Source: Octopus sinensis (lineage: Eukaryota). Taken from it: DNA of 64,000 nucleotides. Below, in pieces: positions 35,745-48,197 of the stretch (positions are counted from its first letter, which is position 1; each line of letters starts with the position of its first letter). Under the pieces are notes generated by a model. The model searched no databases, was not told where the DNA came from, and worked only from the letters and a program-made list of their open reading frames with translations. The translations under genes were made by a program, and so were the position numbers. Where the stretch lies: positions 48,236,001 through 48,300,000 of the forward strand of contig NC_043009.1 in the NCBI RefSeq assembly GCF_006345805.1. Direction: 5' to 3'.

Positions 35745-36760
35745 CTGCTGCAGAATCGTTAGCATGTTGGATAAAATGCTTAGCGGTATTTCGTCTGCCG
35801 CTACGTTCTGATTCAAATTCCGCCGAGGTCGACTTAGCCTTTCATCCTTTCGGGGTCGATTGAATAAGTACCAGTTACGCACTGGGGTCGATATAATCGA
35901 TTTAATCCGTTTCTCTATCCTTGTTTGTCCTCTCTGTGTTTAGCCCCTTGTGGGCAGTAAAGAAATAGGTATGTGTCCATGTTCTGAGTTCAAATTCTGC
36001 CGAGGTCGACTTTGCCTTTCATCCTTTCGGGGTCGATTAAATAAGTACCAGTTACACACTGGGGTCGATATAATCGATTTAATCCGTTTCTCTGTCCTTC
36101 TTTGTCCTCTCTGTGTTTAGCCCCTTGTGGGTAGTAAAGAAATAGGTATTTCATCTGTCTTCGTGTTCTGAGTTCAAATTCTGCCGCGGTCGACTTTGCC
36201 TTCCATCCTTTCGGTTATGGATAAAATAAGCACCAGTTAAGCACTGGGATCGATGTAATCAACTCATCCACTCCCCGCAAGCTTGCTGGCCTTGAGCGAA
36301 AAATTGAAAACTAATAAATCTGCTGTTGTCTGAGGTGGCGAGTTGACAGAATCGTTACCGAGTGGGAAAGAAAAATGCTTAGCGGTATTTTTTCCGTCTT
36401 TTCCGAGCTGGCAGAAACATTAGCACGCCAGGCGAAATGCTTAGCGGTATTTCGTCTGCTGTTACGTTCTGGGTTCAAATTCCGCCGAGGTCGACTTTGC
36501 CTTTCATCCTTTCGGGGTCGATAAATTAAGTACCAGTTACGAACTGGGGTCGATATAATCGACTTAATCCGTTTGTCTGTCCTTGTTTGTTCCCTCTGTG
36601 TTTAGCCCCTTGTGGGTAGTAAAGAAATAGGTATTTTTTCCGTCTTTACGTTCTGAATTCAAAGGTCATCGGTGTCGACAAAGTACCAGTGGGAAACTAG
36701 GGTTGATTTTATCGACTAATTCCCTCCCATGAAATTGCTGGCTTCTCCCAAAATTCGAAG
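35745..36760 (+). mobile_element. Cluster of ~5 head-to-tail SINE B copies and fragments
   Basis: Repeated gttctgagttcaaattc..aaagaaataggtat units near 35805, 35981, 36165, 36465 and 36650. Confidence 0.9.
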
Positions 36761-37140
36761 CCAATATAATTGCCGTCATTGTTTTTCTTGACAGTATCGT
36801 TTTGTTTCTATTATTGTTTATTATATCGTTCTTGTTAATTTATCTTATGGATGTTGTTGCTGATGATGCTGATGAGTTGTTTATTGTTCCTGTTGTTGCT
36901 AATAGTGATGGTGCTGCTGTTGATTTTATTTTGACTTGTTGCTGTTGCAGTTTTTGTAATGAATAATGTTGTTGTTATTGCTGTCGTCTTCCTTTTCTTC
37001 TTCTTCTTCTTCTTCTTCTTCTTCTTCTTCTTCTTCTTCTTCTTCTTTTCTTCTGCTTCTTCTTCTTCTTCTTCTTCTTCTTCTTCTTCTTCTTCTTCTT
37101 CTTCTTCTTCTTCTTCTTCTTCTTCTTCGTCTTCTTCTTA

Positions 37141-37310
37141 AATCGAAAAATACCTTAGGAATGAGAACCCAGGTTCGAAATTTCCCAAAGACCCACGAAG
37201 AAGGCTGGAGGGTATATCAGCCGAAGCGTTGTGTTAACAACAAACAAGACGAGGAAAAATATCCGTCGAATGTAAATAGTGTAAATAAAGTAAATAATGC
37301 ACCATCAACA
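37141..37310 (+). mobile_element. Short element after (TTC)n with a decayed hammerhead-like motif (37190-37234)
   Basis: ..cacgaagaA GGCTG-gagggtatat-CAGCC gaagc GTT gtgt; stem II perfect, core mutated. Confidence 0.45.
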
Positions 37311-37713
37311 TCAGTTCTTAACTATTACTGTATTTTATCAACCCTGAAAAAGAATAAACGATAAAGTTGACCTCAGCAGGATTTGAGCTTAAAATGTAAT
37401 TAGCTGGAACAAAACACTGTAGGACAATTTTTCCGATGCTCTAACGATTCTGCCAGATCTATACCTTCGATAAGAAAATAAATTGTGTTTCGGATTCCGG
37501 TAGAAGAGGAGTTAATTTTCAGGGGCTTTCAGTAGTTGACTGGTACATAAGCGAGGTTTGAACACAGAATGTAAATAGCCTGGAGAAATATTCCACGTAA
37601 TTTTAATCTTGGCGCTTTAACGATTCTGCCAATGTTTTTTATAACAGAACGCATGTAGCACGAACTCCACGTAATTACTTCCCAATAACAAAACGCAGAT
37701 AACACTACACATA

Positions 37714-38013
37714 TCTATATATATAAAACTGGAGTTGTGTGGTGTCTGTCTCCTACGATTTAGATTCCTAACTACTCCCACATTTTGCGGTGCAGTTTAA
37801 CCAAAAGCGGGTATCTTATAGTCGTGATTCACATCGAGCCCTTCTGGGTATTAGCGCGCATCAACGATGAATCTACGATTTAAAAAAAAATTACAATAAT
37901 TTTTTTCCATTTTTAATGCATTTTTTGCTATTATATAAGGGAAGTAACTCTCTAAAAATGCTTATATAGTTATTTCCCTTACAAACCCGAGCAACGCCGG
38001 GCGATACTGCTAG
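37714..38013 (+). mobile_element. Non-autonomous Helitron
   Basis: a|TCtatatatataaaa ... cccg-agcaacgc-cggg hairpin ... gCTAG|t. Confidence 0.85.
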
Positions 38014-38332
38014 TTCTATATAAATACCTCGCAATGCTACGTTACAACACGCACGCAACACATGCTCTATATAGAAGTTACCATTACTATAGGAGCTTTC
38101 ACACGGCAAAGAGTTATACACACGTAAATAACACAAGATGAACCACCAACACAAAACAGGATAGAACAAAACAAACATGGAAGACTAAATTAGATTTAAC
38201 TCAAACACTTATCTAATGTACAAAACTCGAATAGTTCAACAACACAAATTAGAAAGACTTAGGTGAACCTGGAGGTACAGTGAAAAACTTACATGAAACT
38301 ACAGAATAAATAATAATAATAATAATATTAAA

Positions 38333-38371
<39 letters not shown>

Positions 38372-38404
38372 TATGATAATAATAATATAATAATAATAAT
38401 AATA

Positions 38405-38450
<46 letters not shown>

Positions 38451-38528
38451 CAGTAATAAAAATAAGCATCGACATGAATTCAAACAAAACAACGAAAACA
38501 AAAATAAAGATTATTATTATTATTATTA

Positions 38529-38584
<56 letters not shown>

Positions 38585-38618
38585 GTTATTATTATCATCA
38601 TCATCATCATCATCATCA

Positions 38619-38674
<56 letters not shown>

Positions 38675-38892
38675 GTTATTATTATTATAAATCACAGAAA
38701 TGCCCGAATAATATTTTTATCTAGGTAATCCAATGTTTTTCGGTTGAACAGAAATTTATAAATATATATTGGTATTGAAGATATATATATGTATATATAC
38801 ATACATGCGCGTATGCAATGTAAATGTATGTACATGCGTATACTTAAGCACATAAGCAACATAATGTAGTCTATAATATTCATATATATCTC

Positions 38893-38945
<53 letters not shown>

Positions 38946-39296
38946 CTAAGGAATACATTTCTTCAGGATATATGTATATATAAATAAATAATGTAACACA
39001 TGCATATATATACACAAGCATATAACTACATATTTAACATAGTTTGCAAACGAATTATGATATATAAATGTCATATCTCATATAATTTGCCTGCAGTAGC
39101 AGCTCTCTAACATGTATTTGTGGTTTTATGATGTAACAAACAATTCTAAATAGATTGAACACGGTTCTGACAATTGTTAAACAAGGTAGAAAAGTCTGCG
39201 AATATTCCAGACTAACGGGAGTCAAAAGAATCGAAAAGTTAGACAGAAATACACTTAACTGGTTCTGTGCTTTAAGATTTATTTAACATTCAACAG

Positions 39297-39347
39297 GAAA
39301 TGGTCCATTAAAATGGCGGATGGCGAGTCGACGTTGGGGAATATATG
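39297..39347 (+). CDS. Candidate 51-nt exon (phase 1 GNGPLKWRMASRRWGIY or phase 2 KWSIKMADGESTLGNI)
   Basis: attcaacAG|gaaatgg...aatatatg|GTattt; length divisible by 3; unique, relatively GC-rich island; weak splice signals. Confidence 0.25.
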
Positions 39348-39583
39348 GTATTTAGGATTAAGGAGAAATCGGTTGTCAGTATTACTAGTTTTGATGGTGA
39401 TGATGCTGACGATGTTATTGATGTTGTTGTTGGCGTTGTTGTGTTTTTGTTGCTTAACCCTATATCTATCTCGTTCGTTCAAGCAACCATTGCTATGCCA
39501 GCACATTTTTAGCCATAGTGCCTCTGCAACCGCCATTACCAATATACTTTTCTTCTTCTGCTCCTCATCTTTGTTAACCACAG

Positions 39584-39685
39584 AATGTGTCATTTATTGA
39601 AGATGGCAGTACTCGAATAGAAAGGAGTTCGGCTGTAGTTGCTGCTATTTCTAGCAGTCCCAGAAAGGCGTCCATTCCTGGCTAG
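39584..39685 (+). CDS. Candidate terminal coding exon NVSFIEDGSTRIERSSAVVAAISSSPRKASIPG*
   Basis: Strong acceptor ttttcttcttctgctcctcatctttgttaaccacAG; phase 0 open for 33 codons, other phases stop early. Confidence 0.4.
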   Translation, partial: NVSFIEDGSTRIERSSAVVAAISSSPRKASIPG

Positions 39686-40034
39686 GTTCGGGCATGTAGA
39701 TGTTGTTGCTGATGATACAGAAGATGATGATGTTGACGGTGAGGATAATGAGGATAATAAAGAAGATGATGATGATGATGATGATAAGAGGAGGACGAAG
39801 AGGAGAGGTAAGAGGAAGATGAGAATGTCAATGATTATTACAATGTCGATGACGTCGATAACGATGACCGTGATAATGACGATGATGACTACGACAACGA
39901 CTACGATGATGATGATAATGATGATGATTACACTGATGATGATGATGATGATGATGATGATGACGTTGATGATGACGATGATGACAATGATGACGATAAT
40001 GATGATGATGACGAAGACCACGAAGATGACGATA

Positions 40035-40084
<50 letters not shown>

Positions 40085-40710
40085 AACGATGATAATGATA
40101 ATGACAATGATGACGGCGACAACGGTGGGTGTGATGACGATGACTGCAATGATGATGATATTTTCTATTGTTGGCACTGCTATTCCGAGTGATGCTTTTG
40201 TTATTGTCACAAAATCGTTGTTGTTATTGTTGTTAAATCTTGTAGTTATCTTACACTATCATTAAAACTGGTGTTAGTTAGTGCTGTTAGTTATTAGCTC
40301 CAATTCCCCTAACTCACCAATCGATCTCTAATCAATTTGTCACAGACTAAACCATCCAGTGTTGATGTATTTAATTAATTACTTTGGCAAACATTTCACC
40401 GAAGGTACCCAGTACCCGTTCATAAAGACAGGGCTCTGTTGCAAACGAGTTTACACATGCGTGCCAAAGACAGAGTATTATTATATACATACTTGATTTG
40501 CTAGAAATAACCTCTAAATGTTCCTCTAATTAGATCTCACTGCAGTCGTACATTGCAACATGTAGTCCTTGATACATTGTATTTGAAAGACTGGCTGGTC
40601 ACGAATGACGAATATATTTTGAGTAGTTGGACATAGCTTCCTTTGGAATTGTCTCTTATTGGATTATATACATCATAAGTTACGTTATAAATGTATCATA
40701 TACATATATA

Positions 40711-40812
40711 CCGTATTTTAACGTGTATAAGGAACCCCTTAATTTTGGAGGCTTAAAATTTGGAAAAAAGGGTTTTGTAAGTGATCATAATAGTATCAAT
40801 GTATAAGAAACT
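40711..40812. mobile_element. Degenerate pogo/Tc2-like MITE
   Basis: Left end ta|ccgtattttaacgtgtataaggaacccc; right end decayed (gggtccttt). Confidence 0.4.
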
Positions 40813-41269
40813 CATATTTTTCAAACCTAATTTTTGTCAAAAAATGGGTCCTTTAAAATGCAATAATTTATATATACGCATGTATCATAACTCCTGCTGG
40901 TTAATTTGAGATCCCTTGATGATTATGTAACCTTCATTTGACTAAGCTATTTTTGGCTTGATGAGTAGCTAGTGGAGTACCCCTCATTGAGTTCTATTGG
41001 CTAAGAGACATATGTAGCCTGGAGTTTACCTGCTCCATTCCACAAATTTGGATTTTATTCGCATACATTGCAACCCCAGTTGCTAACCGTGAACTATGAA
41101 ATAGCTCTTTCAGCTTATCGAACTTCGATACAGGAAACAGTTATAACATTCTACTTCAATAAACTACTATTGTTCATGAAGGTTGGTTTTCTTTATACCT
41201 TTTACGGGCTGCTTGAAGGTTACTAACTTCATGCACCTGGATCCTTAGATCTTACTTTTACATATCATT

Positions 41270-41308
<39 letters not shown>

Positions 41309-41502
41309 GTGTATTCGCTATGATATATCGCTAGCCACTACACATCTTCTTCTTCCTCTTCTTCTTCTTTTTCTTCTTCTTTTTTTCTCCTCCTCCCCCT
41401 CCTCCTCCTTCTTCTTCTTCTTCTTCGCCGTCTCCTTCCTCGCCGTCTCCCACTGCTGCTTAAACAATCAAAACCCAGAACCCACGTTCTTCATATTCTT
41501 TT

Positions 41503-41638
41503 CTACTCTAGGTCCAAGGCCCGAAATATTTGGGGAGGGGGCCAGTCATTTAGATCGATCACAGACGCAACTGATACTTAATTTATCGACCCCGAAAGCA
41601 TGAAAGATAAAGTCGACCTCGGCGGGATTTGAACTCGA
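41503..41638 (-). mobile_element. SINE family B, partial
   Basis: acttaatttatcgaccccgaaagcatgaaagataaagtcgacctcggcgg. Confidence 0.8.
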
Positions 41639-42003
41639 CCACATATTTCATATTAAATATTATTAATTTAAAAAAAAATTGATTTATTTAGTTTGTACTT
41701 TAAGCACGAAACTAGTCCAGTATTAACCACGCTAAACCTTAAAATAGACTTAATTCATCTCGCTCGCCTTACATCAATTCGTATCAAGGAGAATTGACGA
41801 TGTTTTATTTAAACATTGATCATTCAACACACATGAAGATAAGGATTTTAACTGCTCTGCTCCCTCTCTTTATGTCTCTCTCTATATATACATAATTTGC
41901 CACTATCGCCCCCAAGTTAGAAGTGTGCTGAACTGTGAACGAAGAAGCATGACTTCTTTCTCTTTAACTTTTTTTGAAAATATATATATATATATATTTT
42001 TTT

Positions 42004-42399
42004 TTATCTTTTTACTTATTTCAGTCATTTTGACTGCGGCCATGCTGGTGCACCGCCTTTAATCGAGCAACTCGACCCCGGGACTTATTCTTTGTAAGTC
42101 CAGTACTTATTCTATCGGTCTCTTTTGCCGAACCGCTAAGTGACAGGGACATAAACACACCAGCATCGGTTGTCAAGCAATGCTAGGGGGACAAGCACAG
42201 ACACACAAACATACACGCACATACATATATATACATATATACGACGGGCTTCTTTCAGTTTCCGTCTACCAAACCCACTCACAAGGCTTTGGTCGGCCCG
42301 AGGCTATAGTAGAAGACACTTGCCCAAGGTGCCACGCAGTGGGACTGAACCCGGAACCATGTGGTTGGTAAACAAGCTACTTACCACACAGCCACTCCT
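42004..42399 (-). mobile_element. SINE family A, full length, young
   Basis: Complete head, CORE-like segment, internal (TA/CA)n and tail. Confidence 0.95.
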
Positions 42400-43802
42400 G
42401 AGCCGTCGATATAATCATCTTCATTATAATAGTCTTCAGCACACATACGCATAAAGTGACTCATATAATCCATTAGTGAGGAAGAAATCTAAAGCGTGAT
42501 TAAGGAGGAGGTAGAACCCAGTATGCGACTAGTTTTCTACTTTCGATTTCAATGAGAGAGAAGTAGGTTTCCCAACGGCTGATCTCGATCTCGGAAAGGA
42601 GGAGAACCAGATCCCCTACTAAATGATCTTTACTCTGGCCCTTTACTGACTTTACCTCACACAGCGTACGTAGTACAAAACGTATTATGAATAAATAGAT
42701 AAATTCGTTCTGGGCTTCTCGTTGTTCAGTGTTTACTTCATGAGTTATTATCTGTTTGGTTGTCATCAGCGCTCGTCAGAAAATAATTTGCTGATTTCAT
42801 AAATAAGAGTTCGTGTTCTCATTAGAATCATCGACCCAGCAGAATAGATTTAACTGAGGAGACGCACAATAAGATCGAAACGTTGCAGTGTCTCAAAGTC
42901 CTCTTGCACTGGCGAATCACATGTGATATCGCCTTCATGGGATGTTGGCATTTTCCGTTGGGAAAAAACGATAGCGATTAGGTATTCCCGTTCGAATCTG
43001 ATACAGCATATTAAGAACGAATACATATGATATTGTTTGGATTCTCGGTGTTCTGCGTGCTCCCATTGAATTATTGCGAGTTTCGAAGACATTAGCACAC
43101 ATTACCAAATAATTTGATGACTGATTTCTATAAACAAGAACTCGTGTTCTCGATAGGATAATAGGTCTGTTGGGGTATCGTTGACTAAGAAGACACACAA
43201 GATTTAAAAAACCACGTTATCTCAAAGTCCCTTACACTAGTGAAGCGGGAAATACTATATATATGAAAACACATCGTTTGAAGATAGGAGGCGTTCTCCG
43301 GTGACGAAAAATAACAGCGATCAGATATTCACGGTCGAATCGGTTCAGAATGGTTATGTGAATTATTGTTTGTTTTCTCTCTGTTCTCCCTGCTCCCACT
43401 GAATTAAAATTATGAGTTTATTGAAATACAGGAAGACCTTACATTTCCAGTTAATAAACTGCCACAAGCACGGCGATAATTACAGCCATAACGTTTTTAA
43501 TACGTGCCAGCTGTTTCGAACGCGAATATTCTAATTGCTGTTGCGTTTTGTTACAAAAGAGTAGCTTCTCCTTTGCGATGAATATTAACATATTCACGTT
43601 CGAATCTACCGCATCGCATCAATAATAAATATACAAGTTATCGCTGACATTTCAAGTTAGTTATCCAAAAACGAGTTGTGTAGTGTAGTGTAACAGAATT
43701 AAAGGACATTATATTTGTCAAAGTGGGAATCTAATTACTATCGTTCATTAGGGAATGGTAGAATGGTATATGAACACATTTTGGACATTATTTTCATGCC
43801 AG

Positions 43803-43877
43803 CTTTTAGAAATCAATTAATTCGTTATACTCAACAATTTGGCAGTGAAGCTAATTTCGTTAAACTTGTGTGCAAGC
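43803..43877 (+). CDS. Candidate 75-nt phase 1-1 exon (A)FRNQLIRYTQQFGSEANFVKLVCK
   Basis: ttttcatgccAG|ctttt...tgcaagc|GTaagt; open frame; length divisible by 3. Confidence 0.35.
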
Positions 43878-44081
43878 GTAAGTCAGCATTTGTTTGAACC
43901 ATTTCTACATGGTTCCTCGAAGTCTGCGATTGACTAAAATTTTATAAACACAAATTGCTTACATCCGACTGAACAACACTCATCCTTTTATTCTGTTTTC
44001 TATATAAAAATCTCTAAGTTCTATCATATATGTATGGACCCATATTTACATACACAGATGCATATATATATATATTATATA

Positions 44082-44149
<68 letters not shown>

Positions 44150-44277
44150 ATATATACATATATATTTGCATATGCATGCATGTATATAGATATATGTATA
44201 GTCTATACATATATATACATGTCTATATACACATATATGTGTACATATACATATATGTATAGATGTATATATGCATG

Positions 44278-44309
<32 letters not shown>

Positions 44310-44871
44310 GTATATGTGTGTGTGTGTGTGCATATACATATGTATATTACGTGCATATATGCATAAATACATGTATTTATGTATATATATACTTATACAT
44401 AGATTATAAGTACATGCATATGCATGTAAATGTATACGTGCACACACACATACACATACACACAATCCTCACAACTTATTTTTCAGAACTTTTTCTCTCT
44501 TTACCAATTATCTGACATACCTCACTACCACACTGTTCCCCACTCTGTTAATAAAATCATATTTAGAATTATATTTCAATCAGTTTAATACAGTGGATAG
44601 GAAAACAGGATGTGATATATGCTATAATAAGAGTAAACTTGAATATTATTTTATGAAACAGAGATCATATGGTGAAAGAACAACATACCAATTGATCCAA
44701 CAAAGGAACCGATAGCCTGTCTGGCCCCAATCACTATGCTCTGACGCAAACCAACAATGGTAAGTGAAGATGCGCAGTACCATTCAATCATTCGTTATCT
44801 GATTGATTCTGCTTTGCCTGTGTGTCTGCTTTGGACGCTGTCAGAATATGTAAGCGTACAAGCTAACACAG

Positions 44872-44918
44872 GGACATATACGTTTGTAGTAGTCCGTTTG
44901 GTCTGCTAGAAATAGTGG
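44872..44918 (+). CDS. Candidate 47-nt exon (phase 2-1) DIYVCSSPFGLLEIV
   Basis: gctaacacAG|ggacat...atagtgg|GTaagt; only one frame open. Confidence 0.25.
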
Positions 44919-45347
44919 GTAAGTGTTCCTCAAATCGTTTTCAGCGTTTAAATAAAGACCGCATTTGATGGTGTAGGTAGACCTAGGCTTACCAGACCCC
45001 AGAAAAGAGAGCGGAAAGAAAACAGTCGAAAGTCGAGAAGACCAGGGCTGATATTCGTTTAGTTGTAGATATGATTGGTTAGGACGGACATAGGCTAACT
45101 GCATCATCACCATCATCACCATCATAATTAACAACTTCAATAACAACAAAAACAACAACAACAACACCAATGTAAACATCGTCAACCACGACAAGTGTAA
45201 ATAATTACAACGTAGCCCGCTTAGATAAGAACCGCTGGACAGTGTTTTCCGAGATACACTATCTCTGAAAGTAACAGCAACAATCGTTTGGTTGGTCATG
45301 GGTGGAGTAACTTGGGTTGAGTTAGGGCTCAGCAGCATAATATATAG

Positions 45348-45441
45348 CCAATCGGTGTAAAGAAAACAAACTTGGCAGAAGAGAGGATACAGCATGTTAC
45401 ACTCTGTTACCCGTTAATCTTATAACTTTAATCGCTGCATG
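45348..45441 (+). CDS. Candidate exon (phase 1-2) NRCKENKLGRREDTACYTLLPVNLITLIAA
   Basis: Strong donor gcatg|GTgagt; acceptor weak and uncertain. Confidence 0.2.
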
Positions 45442-45989
45442 GTGAGTGCGCCGTAGAGATCTTAGTTACGTTGGGACATGTTAAGATGGGATGAAAAAAC
45501 AAGTAACAACACCCTCAAATATGTGCCAAACATAGTCAAACATTGACTACCGCTGTACAAAAAATGGGGGCTCTAGGTTCGTCGAGAAATCAACAAGAAC
45601 AATTACGATGGCAATTATAAATAACAAAAACAACAGCTACGACGACGATGCGAGAATCACAATGTACTCAAGCGAGGTGTAAAAAATAGTGTCTCCCATA
45701 TTAATTCATACTCTCTCTTAGTAGAAGTGGTGATTCGATATATGTCTGCAAATCCATCTTAAATAAAGAAATTCGATATCATTGTCTTTGACTCCTTCAA
45801 TCTCCAAAGAGAATACCCTGGCTGCTTGTTTCTATCTTTAAATGGTTCTGTAGTCATATAAGATTATTCTCATGTGGTACCGGTAAATACTGGTTTAAGT
45901 CAAAGTAGTCGTTCATTGCACACAATTTTGACTGCTGTATATAGTCAAGGCACATTTTTTTTTTACAAAATAATGAAAATGAATTTGCT

Positions 45990-46270
45990 ACAATACAGTG
46001 TTTACCATGGACATAGTACAGGGCAGAAAGACATTGTAGGAATTGTGACAAAACACTCAACTACTGAATATGATGTTGACTACATTATATTGCCACGGTT
46101 CATACTTACAAGGTAATCAGAATGAGTCATCCGTAATGCAGTGTTTACCATGGTGGCGGATGAAATTATAGGAATCGTGACAAAACACGATTTCATTCGA
46201 CGTAGTTTTGATTAAATTATATGGCCGTGGTATACATTTCCAGGCTAATCAGAATGAATCAGCCATAACT
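45990..46270 (+). repeat. Diverged ~140-bp tandem duplication
   Basis: cagtgtttaccatgg..taggaat(t/c)gtgacaaaacac..taatcagaatga(g/a)tca occurs twice (about 45996 and 46138). Confidence 0.85.
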
Positions 46271-47589
46271 AAGTTTTCACCATATACACAATACAGAGCA
46301 GGAGAACACTGTACGAATGATGTAACCTTTGGCTTATTCGCACTTGACGGCCAGCTGCGAATTTTAATACAAATAATGTAGCAGTAATAAGCACAGAAGT
46401 TAGAGTAGAGTTGGTCCGCTTCAGAAAATGCAATTGGACGATATTAAAAGTTCTTTTGTTGTTGTGCTTGTTTGATATTATATTTGATATTACAATCTAT
46501 CTGCGCGTACGTTTACTTAGTGCACGCTTTGAATTTGAAAGCCAGTTAGTTAACGTTTCCTCGTTCAAATGAAATGGAAATAAATGTAGACAATAATATT
46601 GATAAGGAATAATAATGATAACGATGATGTTGCTGTTGTTGTTGATGATGGTAATGATGATGATGATGATAATAATAATAATAATAATACTAATAATGAT
46701 AATGATAATAATAGTCATAACGATAATAATAATAATAATAATAATAATAATAGTAATAATAATAATAATATAATAATAATAATATAATATAATAATAATA
46801 ATAATAATAATAATCGTAACGATAATAATAATAAAAATAATAATAATAATGATAATAAACATGTTGATAAGAAATGAAAGAATTGGTGAATACGGTCTCG
46901 GTTTATTGTTAGTGTTTGTAGCGAGGTATCATAAAATTGACTGTAATATCATTTCTTGTCATTTTGAAGGCAATAAAATAAATTTCTATAGGCAATTATA
47001 TGTGTGTGTGTGTATGTATGTAGGCATACGTGTTTGAGTTTGTATATGCTTGTATGTGTGCGTGTGCGTGTGTGTGAAGAGGGTTGCGGTGTGCTTGAAG
47101 CAGTGTAGAATATGTATGACATCAAATCAGTGTTAGGGAAGACGAATGCAATGCAGGTAGAACATTAAATATTAAAATTAACAATAACGAAGATATTAAA
47201 ATGTTACCTAAGAAGTATTTGAATAGTTCTGATATTTCAGATTAAGAAGCCCTTTACGAAGGCTTTATCAAACGATAGAGGGAGAGGAAGAGGAGAGGTG
47301 TTAGGAGAGAGTTAGCGAGAGAGAGAGAGAGAGAGAGAGGGTGAAGGACATGTTCAACCCTTGCGAACGTTGCTTGGGTCAAACTTGTAGTTCTCTATCT
47401 TGAAGCAGGACGTAATATGTTGACAATTAGCACCTTACACAATGCAACACCGATGCAGGTAGAACATTAAATTAAAAAATGGCATATGTACACACATCAA
47501 TCGATTCATTCGACTACCAACATGCAAAAGAGCTTTGCCGCTTTGTTAGTGACCAGCTTGAACTCTCAAACACATAGATACGTTTATAT

Positions 47590-47649
<60 letters not shown>

Positions 47650-47729
47650 TTTATTTAAAGCATATTACTCTACCACTGGTATTTGAGTACTCTTTTTTTC
47701 CACCTTGTTTCACATTTATGTGTTACTCC

Positions 47730-47784
<55 letters not shown>

Positions 47785-48197
47785 CACAGAATTTTGTCAG
47801 TGAATAGGTCGCGGTCTCAAAGCGATGAAAATATTTTGGCAAATTAAATTTAAATGTTTGGAGTGAATCTAACGGATTTTGTGTGTTTCTTAAATGGCGT
47901 ATAAACACCTTCCACGCTGCAATCGTTTTCGTTCCAGCACACGATCTCAGATCAGGTCACTTGCTATGCAAGTACATCTCTGTAGTATGTATGTATGTAT
48001 GTATGTATGTATGTATGTATGTATATATGTAAATATATATATATAAATAAAAACTTGGAGAATTGAAATAGAGAAATAACGCGTGCGTTCGGTCATATAG
48101 TAATAAATAAATAAATAAATAAAATATATGCATATATACATACATATATGTACATACTTACATCCACATGTATATATACATGCATACATATATATAT

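Noticed and set aside
38015-38310. Possible further Dong-like 3' end before (AAT)n
   Set aside because: Only a faint, multiply frameshifted resemblance to the terminal QKxxLLGxxHxxRK motif.
39313-39600. MADGE.. 95-aa ORF as a single-exon gene
   Set aside because: After ~17 codons it runs into GAT/GTT low-complexity sequence; only the short exon-like part is retained as a candidate.
42850-42900. ctgagga..gaaac..gtc hammerhead-like string
   Set aside because: Stems I and II are poor and the motif is absent from the paralogous tandem unit.
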